This document shows, one piece after another, positions 29,297-38,452 of a stretch of DNA of 64,000 nt. Source of the DNA: Bacteroidota bacterium (GTDB lineage: Bacteria; Bacteroidota; Bacteroidia; 2-12-FULL-35-15); the NCBI GenBank assembly GCA_025963725.1, contig JAOQAE010000002.1, forward strand, positions 1,356,411 through 1,420,410, given 5' to 3'. How positions within the stretch are numbered: the stretch's first letter is position 1; every line of letters starts with the position of its first letter. Position numbers and translations under genes: made by a program. The notes beneath the pieces were generated by a model, which saw only the letters and a program-made list of their open reading frames with translations, was not told the DNA's origin and made no database searches.

Positions 29297-30313
29297 ATGA
29301 TAGTAGATCTAAGAAGCGACACAGTAACCAAGCCCTCAAAGGAAATGCTGGAGGCGATGTTCAATGCGGAAGTAGGCGACGATGTTTTTGCCGAAGAGCC
29401 CACAGTGAATGCGCTGGAAGAAAAAACCGCGAAGCTGTTCGGCAAGGAAGCCGCGCTGTTTTGTCCATCGGGCACCATGACCAACCAGATCGCGATCAAA
29501 GTGCATACACAGCCCGGCGATGAGCTGCTCTGCGATTCCACTGCGCATATCTATAATTATGAAGGCGGCGGGATCTCTTTCAACTCGGGCGTGCAGGCAA
29601 AATTGTTACCCGGCGAGCGCGGGCGCATTTCCGCAAAGCAACTAGAGGAAAGCATCAACCCTTCCTTCGACTGGCTCACGCGGACAAGCCTTGTATGTGT
29701 TGAGAATACAGCCAACCGTGCAGGAGGCAGCTATTATTCGCTGCAGCAGATGCAGGAGCTGGCGGATGTTTGCAAGAAGCACCAGCTGCGCTATCACCTC
29801 GATGGCGCGCGGATCTTCAACGCGATCGTGGAGAATGATTATACGCCTGCCGACCTTGGGAAGATCTTTGACTCCATCTCTGTATGCCTTTCAAAGGGCC
29901 TCGGCGCGCCTGTAGGTTCCCTGCTTGTAGGAAACAAGGAGCTGGTGCGGCAGGCACGCAGGATCCGCAAAGTTTTCGGAGGCGGAATGCGCCAGGCCGG
30001 ATACCTTGCCGCTGCGGGGATCTACGCGCTCGACAATAATGTGAACAGGCTAAAGGATGACCATGCACGCGCAAAGCAGCTTGCATCTACCATGAGCAAG
30101 CTCGGCTTTATCGACAACGTGTTGCCTGTTGATACCAACATCATTATTTTTAACCTCAATGAAAAGCTGAAGCCGGAAGAGTTCGTGAAAAAGCTGGCAT
30201 CCCACGATATTAAAGCGACCGGGTTCGGCAAGCAGGCTATCCGCTTTGTAACGCATCTCGATTTCAACGATGCCATGCTTGAAAAAACGGAAAAGGTTCT
30301 AAAAACACTGTAA
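29297..30313 (+). CDS. ltaE: Low-specificity L-threonine aldolase
   Basis: MIVDLRSDTVTKPS...FCPSGTMTNQIAI... and the PLP-lysine region SVCLSKGLGAPVGS are typical of threonine aldolase. Confidence 0.85.
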   Translation: MIVDLRSDTVTKPSKEMLEAMFNAEVGDDVFAEEPTVNALEEKTAKLFGKEAALFCPSGTMTNQIAIKVHTQPGDELLCDSTAHIYNYEGGGISFNSGVQAKLLPGERGRISAKQLEESINPSFDWLTRTSLVCVENTANRAGGSYYSLQQMQELADVCKKHQLRYHLDGARIFNAIVENDYTPADLGKIFDSISVCLSKGLGAPVGSLLVGNKELVRQARRIRKVFGGGMRQAGYLAAAGIYALDNNVNRLKDDHARAKQLASTMSKLGFIDNVLPVDTNIIIFNLNEKLKPEEFVKKLASHDIKATGFGKQAIRFVTHLDFNDAMLEKTEKVLKTL

Positions 30314-30314
30314 C

Positions 30315-30980
30315 ATGAAAAAATTATTTTTTTTGATCTGCCTGACGTGTGCGATCCAGGTGCAGGCGCAAACTACCCAACCGGAAAATGATGTATTAAC
30401 CATCGCAGAAAAAATGCCTGCCTTCCCCGGAGGCGACCAGGCAATGACGCAATTTGTCCAGAAAAACCTGCAATACCCGGCAGTTGAAAGGGAATACGGC
30501 ATTTCAGGCACTGTGTATGTTACCTTTGTAGTTGAAAAAGACGGCAGCCTTTCCGGCATCCGCTGCCTGCGGGGAGTTAATGCAGGGCCCGGACTGAACA
30601 AGGAAGCGCTGCGCATAATAAGCAGCATGCCTAACTGGATACCCGGATCACAGAACGGCCGGTTGGTAAGAATTCAGTATAATTTTCCCATCAAGTTCAG
30701 GCTGGAAGTGAAGCCGCTGAATGAAAAAGACATGAAGGAAACTGCGGACAAGCATTACAAAAAAGGGCTGGCACTTGCAAAGCAGGAGAAATATAAAGAA
30801 GCCATTGCAGAATTTGATTATACGGTGTTCTATCTTCCGGCCGATGTTGATGTGCTTTACCAACGCGGGCTTGCCTTTCACAACTTAAAGAATAATAAAG
30901 CGGCCTGCGATGAATGGAACAAAATAAAATTTGCCGGAAGCAACGCGGCAGACAAAATGCTTGATAAATACTGTAAATAA
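30315..30980 (+). CDS. TonB C-terminal domain protein with a TPR-like tail
   Basis: Signal peptide. PAFPGGDQAMTQFVQKNLQYPAVEREYGISGTVYVTFVVEKDGSLS is the TonB_C fold signature. Confidence 0.7.
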   Translation: MKKLFFLICLTCAIQVQAQTTQPENDVLTIAEKMPAFPGGDQAMTQFVQKNLQYPAVEREYGISGTVYVTFVVEKDGSLSGIRCLRGVNAGPGLNKEALRIISSMPNWIPGSQNGRLVRIQYNFPIKFRLEVKPLNEKDMKETADKHYKKGLALAKQEKYKEAIAEFDYTVFYLPADVDVLYQRGLAFHNLKNNKAACDEWNKIKFAGSNAADKMLDKYCK

Positions 30981-30982
30981 AT

Positions 30983-31537
30983 ATGTATAAGATCGCTATC
31001 ATTTCAGGAAGCGTGCGCACAGGACGGAAAAGCCACCATGTAGCACATTACTTCAACAACTACATCAACGGGAACAAGCTGGGCACTGCGGAGATCCTCG
31101 ACCTGAAGGAATTTAACTTTCCCGTGCTGGAAGAGCGCCTGTCGATGACACCGGAGCCGGATGCATCCTCGCTCCTCTTCTCTGAAAAAATAAAAACTGC
31201 CGACATCGTTATTGTCGTATTCCCCGAATACAACGGCGGGTACCCGGCAAGCGTGAAGAACGCGATCGACCTGCTGTACAGCGAATGGTATCACAAACCT
31301 GTGGGACTTGTAAGCGTATCGTCGGGCAATTTTGGCGGCGTGAATGCAATGTCGCTGCTGCAGACCATCTTCTTAAAGATCAAGGCGGTTCCGGCTGCAA
31401 GCTTCCCGGTTCCAAACGTGGAAAGCAGCTTCGATGAGAATGGCAATGCCCTGAACAAAGAGGCCACCGATAAAAGGGCAGCAGCCTTCCTGAAGGAGCT
31501 GCTGTGGTTTGCAGAAGCATTTAACAAAATGAAATAA
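30983..31537 (+). CDS. NADPH-dependent FMN reductase family oxidoreductase
   Basis: MYKIAIISGSVRTGRKSHHVAHYF...ADIVIVVFPEYNGGYPASVKNAID is the flavodoxin-like NADPH:FMN reductase signature. Confidence 0.8.
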   Translation: MYKIAIISGSVRTGRKSHHVAHYFNNYINGNKLGTAEILDLKEFNFPVLEERLSMTPEPDASSLLFSEKIKTADIVIVVFPEYNGGYPASVKNAIDLLYSEWYHKPVGLVSVSSGNFGGVNAMSLLQTIFLKIKAVPAASFPVPNVESSFDENGNALNKEATDKRAAAFLKELLWFAEAFNKMK

Positions 31538-31539
31538 CA

Positions 31540-31821
31540 ATGGAAATACAACATTCGCTCACAGGCACTAACGGCGTTTTCTTTATCGAGGAGAACGGCG
31601 AAAGGCTCGCAGAAATGACCTATAGAGTGTCGGGCCCCACAAAAATGATCATCGACCATACCGAAGTAAGCAAGAAGCTTGCAGGCAAAGGCATCGGGAA
31701 ACAGCTGGTGGCAAAGGGAGTTGAGCATGCGCGTGAAAACGGCATGAAGGTCCTTCCGCTCTGCTCCTTCGCCAAATCATTGTTTGATAAGGTGCCGGAG
31801 TTTTCAGACGTGCTGTTTTAG
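31540..31821 (+). CDS. Small GNAT-fold N-acetyltransferase (YjdJ-like)
   Basis: 93 aa; LAGKGIGKQLVAKGVEHARENGMKVLPLCSFA matches the minimal GNAT_acetyltran_2 family. Confidence 0.65.
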   Translation: MEIQHSLTGTNGVFFIEENGERLAEMTYRVSGPTKMIIDHTEVSKKLAGKGIGKQLVAKGVEHARENGMKVLPLCSFAKSLFDKVPEFSDVLF

Positions 31822-32663
31822 GCCTTCGGCTTTTTCCTGCTTGCCCTATCAATCTCCTGCATCCAGTGCTTCGCTTTCGCTGAATTATCGGAATTGGCCT
31901 GCCTGCGCTTGTCCGAAGCTTCCTTACGGGAGCCGGAGCTTACCTGGATCTCTCTTCTTTTTATAATGCTCAGGCGGTCCATTTTAGAGCGAACTGTAGA
32001 ACCTCTCATTCTTTCCGTATCACTTGTGATGTTCTCGAATTTCACTTTTTTTCCAAAATACGAAGCCTGCCACCATTCATCCTTTGCAGGCAAATACCAG
32101 CTCAGGTAACCGCCCTTCAGGATCTGCTTCGGCTCCTTGATAAAGCCGGTATAGCTGTAACGTGTGCCCGTAGTTTTTACCGGGTCAAAATACTCAGGCG
32201 TGTAGAAATCGGAAACACGCTCGCCGTTGATGCTGTACCCGAAACGGTCGTCCTCAGAAGGATCACAAACCTCCACGAGGTATTGCGCACGGCCCTGTCC
32301 TTTAATGATGCTGTCGGAAGTAAACAGGCGGTTGCCGAACGGATCAACAAGCATCTCGAGCATTTCATGGCTCACAGTGATCGACCAGTCTTCCGTATAG
32401 GCCACAAGCGAAAAAGGCTGTCCGTGCTTATCGGTATGATAACCGGCAGCAGTCTCATCGTCGATCTTATCCTTGATGATGATCGGCCAATAGCCTACCG
32501 GAACACTGTTCACGTGCGGGAAAACATCCACGGTAGCCTTAATGCCCCAGATAGGGCCAAGGTCGCGGATCGCCTGTTTTTGCAGGGCAGCGCCGACAGA
32601 AGCTAAACGCTCCGGCTTAATTTTTTTGCTGAGGCTCACAAGAGCGATGTGGTGAAGGATCAT
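31818..32663 (-). CDS. Hypothetical protein with a basic C-terminal tail
   Basis: 281-aa ORF. The HEMLEML segment is HExxE-like, not a clean HExxH motif. The C-terminus is K/R-rich. No confident family. Confidence 0.45.
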   Translation of the reverse strand: MILHHIALVSLSKKIKPERLASVGAALQKQAIRDLGPIWGIKATVDVFPHVNSVPVGYWPIIIKDKIDDETAAGYHTDKHGQPFSLVAYTEDWSITVSHEMLEMLVDPFGNRLFTSDSIIKGQGRAQYLVEVCDPSEDDRFGYSINGERVSDFYTPEYFDPVKTTGTRYSYTGFIKEPKQILKGGYLSWYLPAKDEWWQASYFGKKVKFENITSDTERMRGSTVRSKMDRLSIIKRREIQVSSGSRKEASDKRRQANSDNSAKAKHWMQEIDRASRKKPKA

Positions 32664-32758
32664 GATAAATAGCTTTTGTTTGTATCACAAACCTAAACCA
32701 TTTTTACAATGTTTCCATGGACACTTTTTGGGTTTTGTGACATGGAACCGATGAGAGA

Positions 32759-33924
32759 TTATTCCTTTTGCTTTACCAGGTAAACGATCACTACCACTAC
32801 TCCAGCCGCAGAGACCAGGAACATTGCAGAAGCATTGAACATTACCCAGATCAACCCGGCAAGCGAGCTGGAGATCATCGTAACTATGCTGGTGCAGCTT
32901 GCATGGAACCCGATGGCTGTAGCAGTTCCGCTGAAGGCACTGTATTGGCGATCCAGGCTTTTGAAACGCCATCGGTGGCAGCTGCATAAATTCCATAGAT
33001 AAAAAAAAGAACATACATCATCCATTCATTCTGCAGGAATGCCATCCCGGTGTACACGATCACAAAAAGCATCAGGCCGGCAATGAACATTTTTTTCATC
33101 CCGATCCTGTCGGCCACCGAGCCCAGCGGATACGCAAACAATGCGTAGACAAGATTATAGAACACATATACCCCGATCACATGAAGGTCGTCCATGCCAG
33201 CTGATTTCGCCATCAGTAAAAGGAAGACATCCGAGCTGTTGAAAAGCGTAAAAAGCAGCAAGCCGGTGACCAGCTTTTTGAATTCGGCAGGAGCAACCTT
33301 CCAGTACAGGAAGAACGAAAAGAAATTTCCTTTTTTGAGATTGACAACCGGTGCCAGCTTTTTTTCTTTGATAAAGAAAGTCAGCGCCACAACAGCCGCT
33401 CCGGGAATGAAGGTCAGGAGGAACAGCGTTTTGTATTCGCCGGGATAATAATACAGGAACAGGATCGCGAGCACCGGGCCGATGGCAGCACCCACCGTAT
33501 CCATGGCACGGTGCAGTCCGAACACTTTTCCTTTGTTCTCTTTTGAGCATTCATCGGAAAGCATTGCATCACGCGCACCTGTGCGTAAGCCTTTGCCGAG
33601 CCTGTCGCCGGTGCGGATCAGCAGCACCCATGCGGGATATGCGAACAGCGCCATCAGCGGCTTCGATAAAGCGCTCAGGGCATACCCCCACTGAACAAAA
33701 GGAAGCCTCCTGCCCCGTTCATCCGATAATTTTCCGAAATAGCCTTTTGAAATGCCTGCAATGGCTTCCGCGATGCCTTCAAGGACCCCGATCCACAGGG
33801 CGGTGAAGCCGATGGTTTTGAGATAGATCGGCATTACCGGGATCAGGATCTCGCTGCCAATATCATTGAAGAGGCTGATAAAGGACAGCATCCAGATGGT
33901 ACGGGTGAAGATCTTAGACCTCAT
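32759..33924 (-). pseudogene. MFS transporter gene interrupted by a frameshift (pseudogene or assembly error)
   Basis: Frame A (32884-33924) encodes about 10 TM helices and ends ...KAWIANTV then PSAELLQPSGSMQAAPA*. Frame B (32759-33025) continues with MFS-like ...SGTATAIGFHASCTSIVTMISSSLAGLIWVMF... plus the last TM segment. The two frames overlap on the same nucleotides near 32925-32945, so a 1-nt indel lies there. Confidence 0.55.
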
Positions 33925-33928
33925 GTTC

Positions 33929-35563
33929 TTACTTTACCAAAAACGGGATCGGCTTGCCGGTGCAGCCATTCGGAAACTGGATGTTCAGCATCATGGCAAG
34001 CGTGGCGGCGACATCTGTAATATACACCTGCTCAGCCGAGCTTCCCTGCTTGATGTTCCATCCGTAAAAGATCAGCGGCACATGCGTATCATAGCTGTAT
34101 GGCGAGCCATGCGTAGTGCCTGTTTTCTGGTAATCGACCCAGGCCGGAAGGTAATTGATCAGCACATCGCCGGAACGCTTTGCATGGTAGCCCTTCTGCA
34201 TAAGATAACGCGAGCCTTCCACAAAAGAGGTATTGTTCATGGTTGCAGCGGTGATCACTTCCGATACGCCTTCCATTTTCCTCAAAAACACGGCAGCATC
34301 TTCCTGCACCTGCTCCAGCATTAGCTTTTTATCGTCGATCACTTTGTGGTTGAGGAACACCTGCTGGTTCGACATCGACAATACCAGCGTATCGCCGTAC
34401 ATCTGCTTTAAATAATTCTTGAGGTCGGCGTTCAGCTTTCCTTCATCCACATATCCCGCAGGCACTTTCAGGTCCATCAGATATGAAGGCACTTCTGGCG
34501 CGGCATGATCTGCTGTAAGGAACACCAGCACGTTCTCTTTTCCAAGCTGTGTGTCAATGAACTTCAGTAATTCTGCAAGGTCCCTGTCGAGCCTTAAATA
34601 ATCATCCTCCTGCTCCACAGAATTCGGCCCCCAGGTATGCCCGATGTAATCAGGCGAAGAAAAGGAGATCGCTAAAAAATCCGTGGCTGCAGACTTTCCA
34701 AGGTTCTCATTTTTGATCACTTCGATGGCAAAATCCTTCGTAAGCGAATTCCCGAAAGGCGTGCTCCTGATCATGTTCAATCCGCCATTTGCAGCCATCA
34801 GCTTCGGAAGGTCATGAGGGAATACCGGCTTTGCTTCTCCTTTTGCAAGGCCTTCATATTTGTTGTCGTCCTGGATGCTTTCCGTATACTGATCGATCGG
34901 CAGCAATGTATTCCAGGGCTGCGACATGTATTGTTTCGGCAGCTCTTTTTTATTGAACTCCTGCACCCATGCAGGAAGCGCGGTCATATAATACGTACTG
35001 GAAATAAAGCTCCCGATACTGCCATCGTACCAATACGCTGCATTTGCAACGTGCCCGGCGGGCATGATCGCGCTGCGATCTTTCAGGGCGATGCCGATCA
35101 CCTTTGATTTCATATTGGAAGAAATGCGCAGCTCATCGGTGATGGTAGTGGTAAGGTTGTTTGCCGGCGAGCGCCTGCCTTCCCCGGATGTTGTTCCAAC
35201 CCCGCTTACAGCATTGTCTTCCGCGCAATACATATACTTACCCGTTTTCCGGTCGAACCACTCGTTCGCAATGATCCCGTGCACCGCAGGCGTGGTGCCT
35301 GTATAGATAGAGGTATGGCCCGGGCCGGTGTAGGTCGGAACATAATTATAATTCGTATTCCTGCAGAAAAAACCTTCATTAACAAGGCGCTTGAAACCAT
35401 CGTTGCCGAACTTGTCCCAATAGCGGTAAATGTAATCATAGCGCATCTGGTCGACCACGATGCCCACAACGAGCTTTGGCTTTGAAGGTGCGGCAGGAGG
35501 AACTTTTCCGGCTATAAGAGTGAATGATAAAAAACTGCAGGTGATGGCTACTGTATATTTCAT
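33929..35563 (-). CDS. Alkaline phosphatase family protein (PafA-type / nucleotide pyrophosphatase superfamily)
   Basis: Signal peptide. VVGIVVDQMRYDYI (metal-binding Asp region), TPAVHGIIANEW, and the typical AP-superfamily length and order. Confidence 0.8.
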   Translation of the reverse strand: MKYTVAITCSFLSFTLIAGKVPPAAPSKPKLVVGIVVDQMRYDYIYRYWDKFGNDGFKRLVNEGFFCRNTNYNYVPTYTGPGHTSIYTGTTPAVHGIIANEWFDRKTGKYMYCAEDNAVSGVGTTSGEGRRSPANNLTTTITDELRISSNMKSKVIGIALKDRSAIMPAGHVANAAYWYDGSIGSFISSTYYMTALPAWVQEFNKKELPKQYMSQPWNTLLPIDQYTESIQDDNKYEGLAKGEAKPVFPHDLPKLMAANGGLNMIRSTPFGNSLTKDFAIEVIKNENLGKSAATDFLAISFSSPDYIGHTWGPNSVEQEDDYLRLDRDLAELLKFIDTQLGKENVLVFLTADHAAPEVPSYLMDLKVPAGYVDEGKLNADLKNYLKQMYGDTLVLSMSNQQVFLNHKVIDDKKLMLEQVQEDAAVFLRKMEGVSEVITAATMNNTSFVEGSRYLMQKGYHAKRSGDVLINYLPAWVDYQKTGTTHGSPYSYDTHVPLIFYGWNIKQGSSAEQVYITDVAATLAMMLNIQFPNGCTGKPIPFLVK

Positions 35564-35596
35564 AGTGTTTTTAATTATTAAATCATTATGTAATTA

Positions 35597-35655
35597 GCGC
35601 CGCCTGTTCTCGATACATCCTTCCTGAAGAGGGAAGGACACTCGAACTGACGGCG
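35597..35655 (-). repeat. Palindromic intergenic element, inverted copy of the 29120-29185 element
   Basis: Reverse complement reads CGCCGTCAGTTCGAGTG-[TCCTTCC CTCTTCA GGAAGGA]-TGTATCGAGAACAGGCGGCGC. It shares CGTCAGTTCGAGT and GTATCGAGAACA.GC with 29122-29165. Imperfect long arms suggest a REP/MITE-like hairpin. It lies between the ends of two minus-strand genes. Confidence 0.5.
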
Positions 35656-35658
35656 TTA

Positions 35659-36663
35659 TTAAAATTCCTTATCACTTTCCACGCCAAATAATTTTCCTTT
35701 TTGCCAGAGCTTTATTTCCTTTTTCAGCGATTTGCTATTTTGCTTTGTCAGTTCTTCAGAATCGATCTTGCTGAGGTCCGGCTTGCCCGCATTTACCCAT
35801 GCAGTATACCAGAAACTTGCAGTGGCCAGCACCGATGCCCGCATCTGCTTTTCCACCATTCCCTTTAAGGCGGTGTGCAATTGCGTTGCATATTCGTCGG
35901 AATAAACGGTTTGCCCGTATTTGTTCTTCATCACTTTCCCGTTCTCCATTTTAAAGATCTTATCTTCCGTCAAGCCTTTTCTTAATCCCAGGTCAACCGC
36001 AAGCAAGGTATCCTTTAGCTTATGGGAATTAAAGATAATATTCCAGATCTCTTTATTTACATCCTCGATATACTTCGCATCGCCGGTATGATAATTATAG
36101 TCCTTCCCGAACATCTCCGGCAGGCGCGATTCCCATAATGCATGAATGCCTTTCTGGTTGCTTTGCTGCCCGTCGTAATTCGCGGATGTGTGCAGGGGCA
36201 TGTGCGCATCGCCAAGGTAATGCCCGAGGTCGGCGGCAATGAACAGGATCTCCGTTTTCTTTTTTTCCCTGAATGCTTTTGTGAGCTTCTCCATCAGGTC
36301 CTGCATGTACCATGGAAGGATACCGTTCGATTGTAAAAACTTATCGTCGTATTTCTTTTTGGTTTCTTCCATGTTCTTCGGCAGACTGTCCGCTGAGCCG
36401 AAGTTCTCGAGGTCGACAAAATGGCGCGGGCCTTCGGCCTTATCATTGATGGTGTATTTGCGAAGGTCGGGCACTGTGGATTCCTGGGTAATAAAATCGA
36501 TGTGGTTGTAAAAGAAAGGGCGCATCGGTTCCGGCAATGCGAATACGGCGGCCCTGTCGATGTGCTCATGGCCGAATGCCCCCCAGGAGATGATAAGGGG
36601 TGCGACAGCCAAGAGGCTGGCGATTGCTATAATATGCAGCTTACGTTTGTTGTTGATCTTCAT
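35659..36663 (-). CDS. S1/P1 nuclease family protein (zinc-dependent phospholipase C/nuclease superfamily)
   Basis: Signal peptide then WGAFGHEHIDRAAVFAL, ...PRHFVDLE..., and LGHYLGDAHMPLHTS...ALWESRL, which are the metal-ligand motifs of the S1-P1/PLC-Zn fold. Confidence 0.6.
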   Translation of the reverse strand: MKINNKRKLHIIAIASLLAVAPLIISWGAFGHEHIDRAAVFALPEPMRPFFYNHIDFITQESTVPDLRKYTINDKAEGPRHFVDLENFGSADSLPKNMEETKKKYDDKFLQSNGILPWYMQDLMEKLTKAFREKKKTEILFIAADLGHYLGDAHMPLHTSANYDGQQSNQKGIHALWESRLPEMFGKDYNYHTGDAKYIEDVNKEIWNIIFNSHKLKDTLLAVDLGLRKGLTEDKIFKMENGKVMKNKYGQTVYSDEYATQLHTALKGMVEKQMRASVLATASFWYTAWVNAGKPDLSKIDSEELTKQNSKSLKKEIKLWQKGKLFGVESDKEF

Positions 36664-36702
36664 TTTGAAATTCTTTGTTTGTATTACCGATTTAAATTTT
36701 GT

Positions 36703-36727
36703 TTTTTACACACCCCTTGCCCCTCTT
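36703..36727 (+). repeat. Short GC-rich repeat motif TTTTTTACACACCCCTTGCCCCTCT
   Basis: 24 of 25 nt identical to the reverse complement of 39597-39621. A related CACCCAGCCCTCTCC is at 42113-42129. All three sit at gene 3' ends or intergenic boundaries. Confidence 0.5.
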
Positions 36728-36824
36728 CCTTCGACTTCGCTCAGGATAAACCGGGGAATTGATCCTGCACGACTTATGATTAAGGTCAACGAGAATCACA
36801 TCGTCGATGATCCACATTCTATTC

Positions 36825-37193
36825 CTACGCAGTTTGCTTCGCAAGGAACCAGATCAGCACAACACATACGCTTACGCTGATGAGGATATTTGCGATCGCC
36901 ATGAGCATATTTCCCGAGCGCATCAGCTCCACCGTTTCGTAACTGAAGGTAGAAAAAGTGCTGAAGCCTCCGCAAAAGCCAACAATGATCAGGGTTCTCA
37001 GCGCAGGATTCCCTTCCGCCTTCCCGTTGAAATAAGCGATCGTTAATGCAAGAATGATGCAACTAAGCACATTCGAGCAAAAGGTTGCAAGCGGAAACGA
37101 GGATCTGAAATTTGTGCGTACAAGCTCCGAGATCCCAAACCTGGCAAGGCTTCCCAATCCACCACCTAAAAAGATCAAAAGCAGGTTATTCAT
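36825..37193 (-). CDS. crcB: Fluoride ion channel CrcB
   Basis: 122 aa with four TM segments and the signature GGxxGSLARF...FCGGFSTFSTF. Confidence 0.85.
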   Translation of the reverse strand: MNNLLLIFLGGGLGSLARFGISELVRTNFRSSFPLATFCSNVLSCIILALTIAYFNGKAEGNPALRTLIIVGFCGGFSTFSTFSYETVELMRSGNMLMAIANILISVSVCVVLIWFLAKQTA

Positions 37194-37223
37194 GCGTTTA
37201 GCTTAGTTTAACAAATCATCCAC

Positions 37224-37814
37224 TTATTTTCTTCGCTTCTGAAGCCACAGGTTCGCCTTGTAGCAAACAAATGCGGAACCTGCGCCAATCACTGCGCCGC
37301 CGAGCACATCGCCCGGATAATGAACCCCGAGGTGCATCCTTGAATAACCGACAGAGCAGGCCCAAAGATACGAAGGAACCGCCACATACCATTCCGGAAA
37401 AGCAAGGCTCATGGAGGTGGCTGTGGCAAATGCATCGGAAGTATGTCCCGATGGAAATGAAGGGCTCCCGCCGCTGGTAGCCTTTTCAATAAAGGGATAG
37501 GTGACGTAAGGGCGCGTGCGCCTGACACTGTATTTGAGGCCTGTGGAAATCCCCGCTGCAAGCAGCAATGAGCCGGCAATGTAAAAGCCTTTATTCTTTA
37601 TTGCGCTGTCGTGCTTTATGAAGCCTGTGGCAAGAACCGTGACGGGAAGCGCAATGCTGAGCGGGGTCACTGTATTTGTGACCACCTTAAATGTACCGTC
37701 GAGGTTTTTGTTCCTTCCTTTGTTGATGCTTTTTAACAGGTTGATGTCGGGATTCTGAGACAGAACGGAAATGCATGTAAGGCATAATATGAGCACCGCA
37801 GAAAGCTGCTTCAT
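37224..37814 (-). CDS. PAP2 superfamily phosphatase
   Basis: Acid phosphatase motifs KxxxxxxRP (KYSVRRTRP), PSGH (SFPSGHTS) and SRxxxxxHxxxD (SRMHLGVHYPGDV). Confidence 0.7.
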   Translation of the reverse strand: MKQLSAVLILCLTCISVLSQNPDINLLKSINKGRNKNLDGTFKVVTNTVTPLSIALPVTVLATGFIKHDSAIKNKGFYIAGSLLLAAGISTGLKYSVRRTRPYVTYPFIEKATSGGSPSFPSGHTSDAFATATSMSLAFPEWYVAVPSYLWACSVGYSRMHLGVHYPGDVLGGAVIGAGSAFVCYKANLWLQKRRK

Positions 37815-38386
37815 TCCGTTCTTATTTTTGAGGCCGCGTAAAAAAACAGTTTGTAAACCACGATGCCGATGCCCATCCCGACAATGGCTCCTCCAAGCAC
37901 ATCCGCAGGATAATGAACGCCATTATAGATCCTGCTGTAGGAAACAAAGGTTGCCCAGATAAAAACAAAGAGCCCGAAATATTTTATTTTTCCCCTAAAG
38001 AGGAGACAGAGAAACATGGCCAGCGCGAATGTATTTGCAGCATGCGAGGAGATGAAGCCGTACATCCCACCGCGGCCATCGTTCAGATGCACCTGATCCT
38101 GTATAACAAGGTTGTGGCAGGGACGGTAACGCAGGAAAACATTTTTAAAGGCATGAACGGAGATCTGGTCGGAAAGCACAATGAGCAACACAGCGGCCAG
38201 CGCAACCAGCCAGACCTTTTTACCATAATGTTTCCAGGCAAGGGCAAAGAAAAGAACATACAGCGGGATCCAGAAATACCGGTGGCTGGCCCAGAACATG
38301 ATGGGGTCGAAAAAGGAATTGTGCCTGCTGTTGAGGAACAGGAAGAGCTGGGTATCGAGGCCTTTTATTGTATCGATAATGTTCAT
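37811..38386 (-). CDS. PAP2 superfamily phosphatase (second, tandem)
   Basis: KNVFLRYRPCH..., SFISSHAAN, SRIYNGVHYPADVLGG. The stop overlaps the start of the downstream PAP2 gene, giving a PAP2-PAP2-crcB operon. Confidence 0.7.
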   Translation of the reverse strand: MNIIDTIKGLDTQLFLFLNSRHNSFFDPIMFWASHRYFWIPLYVLFFALAWKHYGKKVWLVALAAVLLIVLSDQISVHAFKNVFLRYRPCHNLVIQDQVHLNDGRGGMYGFISSHAANTFALAMFLCLLFRGKIKYFGLFVFIWATFVSYSRIYNGVHYPADVLGGAIVGMGIGIVVYKLFFYAASKIRTE

Positions 38387-38452
38387 TGCAAGCTTTTATA
38401 GGATTCTTCGCTATACCATCTTCCGCTCAGAATGACAACACCGTTATCTTCC

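Noticed and set aside
31818-32663. HEMLEML motif suggesting a metalloprotease
   Set aside because: The motif is HExxE, not HExxH, with no downstream third ligand pattern. I left the protein as hypothetical and did not call a peptidase.
38387-38452. Possible fluoride riboswitch upstream of the PAP2-PAP2-crcB operon
   Set aside because: crcB genes are frequently preceded by the crcB/fluoride riboswitch. The 66-nt leader does not show the conserved GGCGATGG...CCTAC pseudoknot core when read on the minus strand. No other candidate site exists, because the operon genes overlap.
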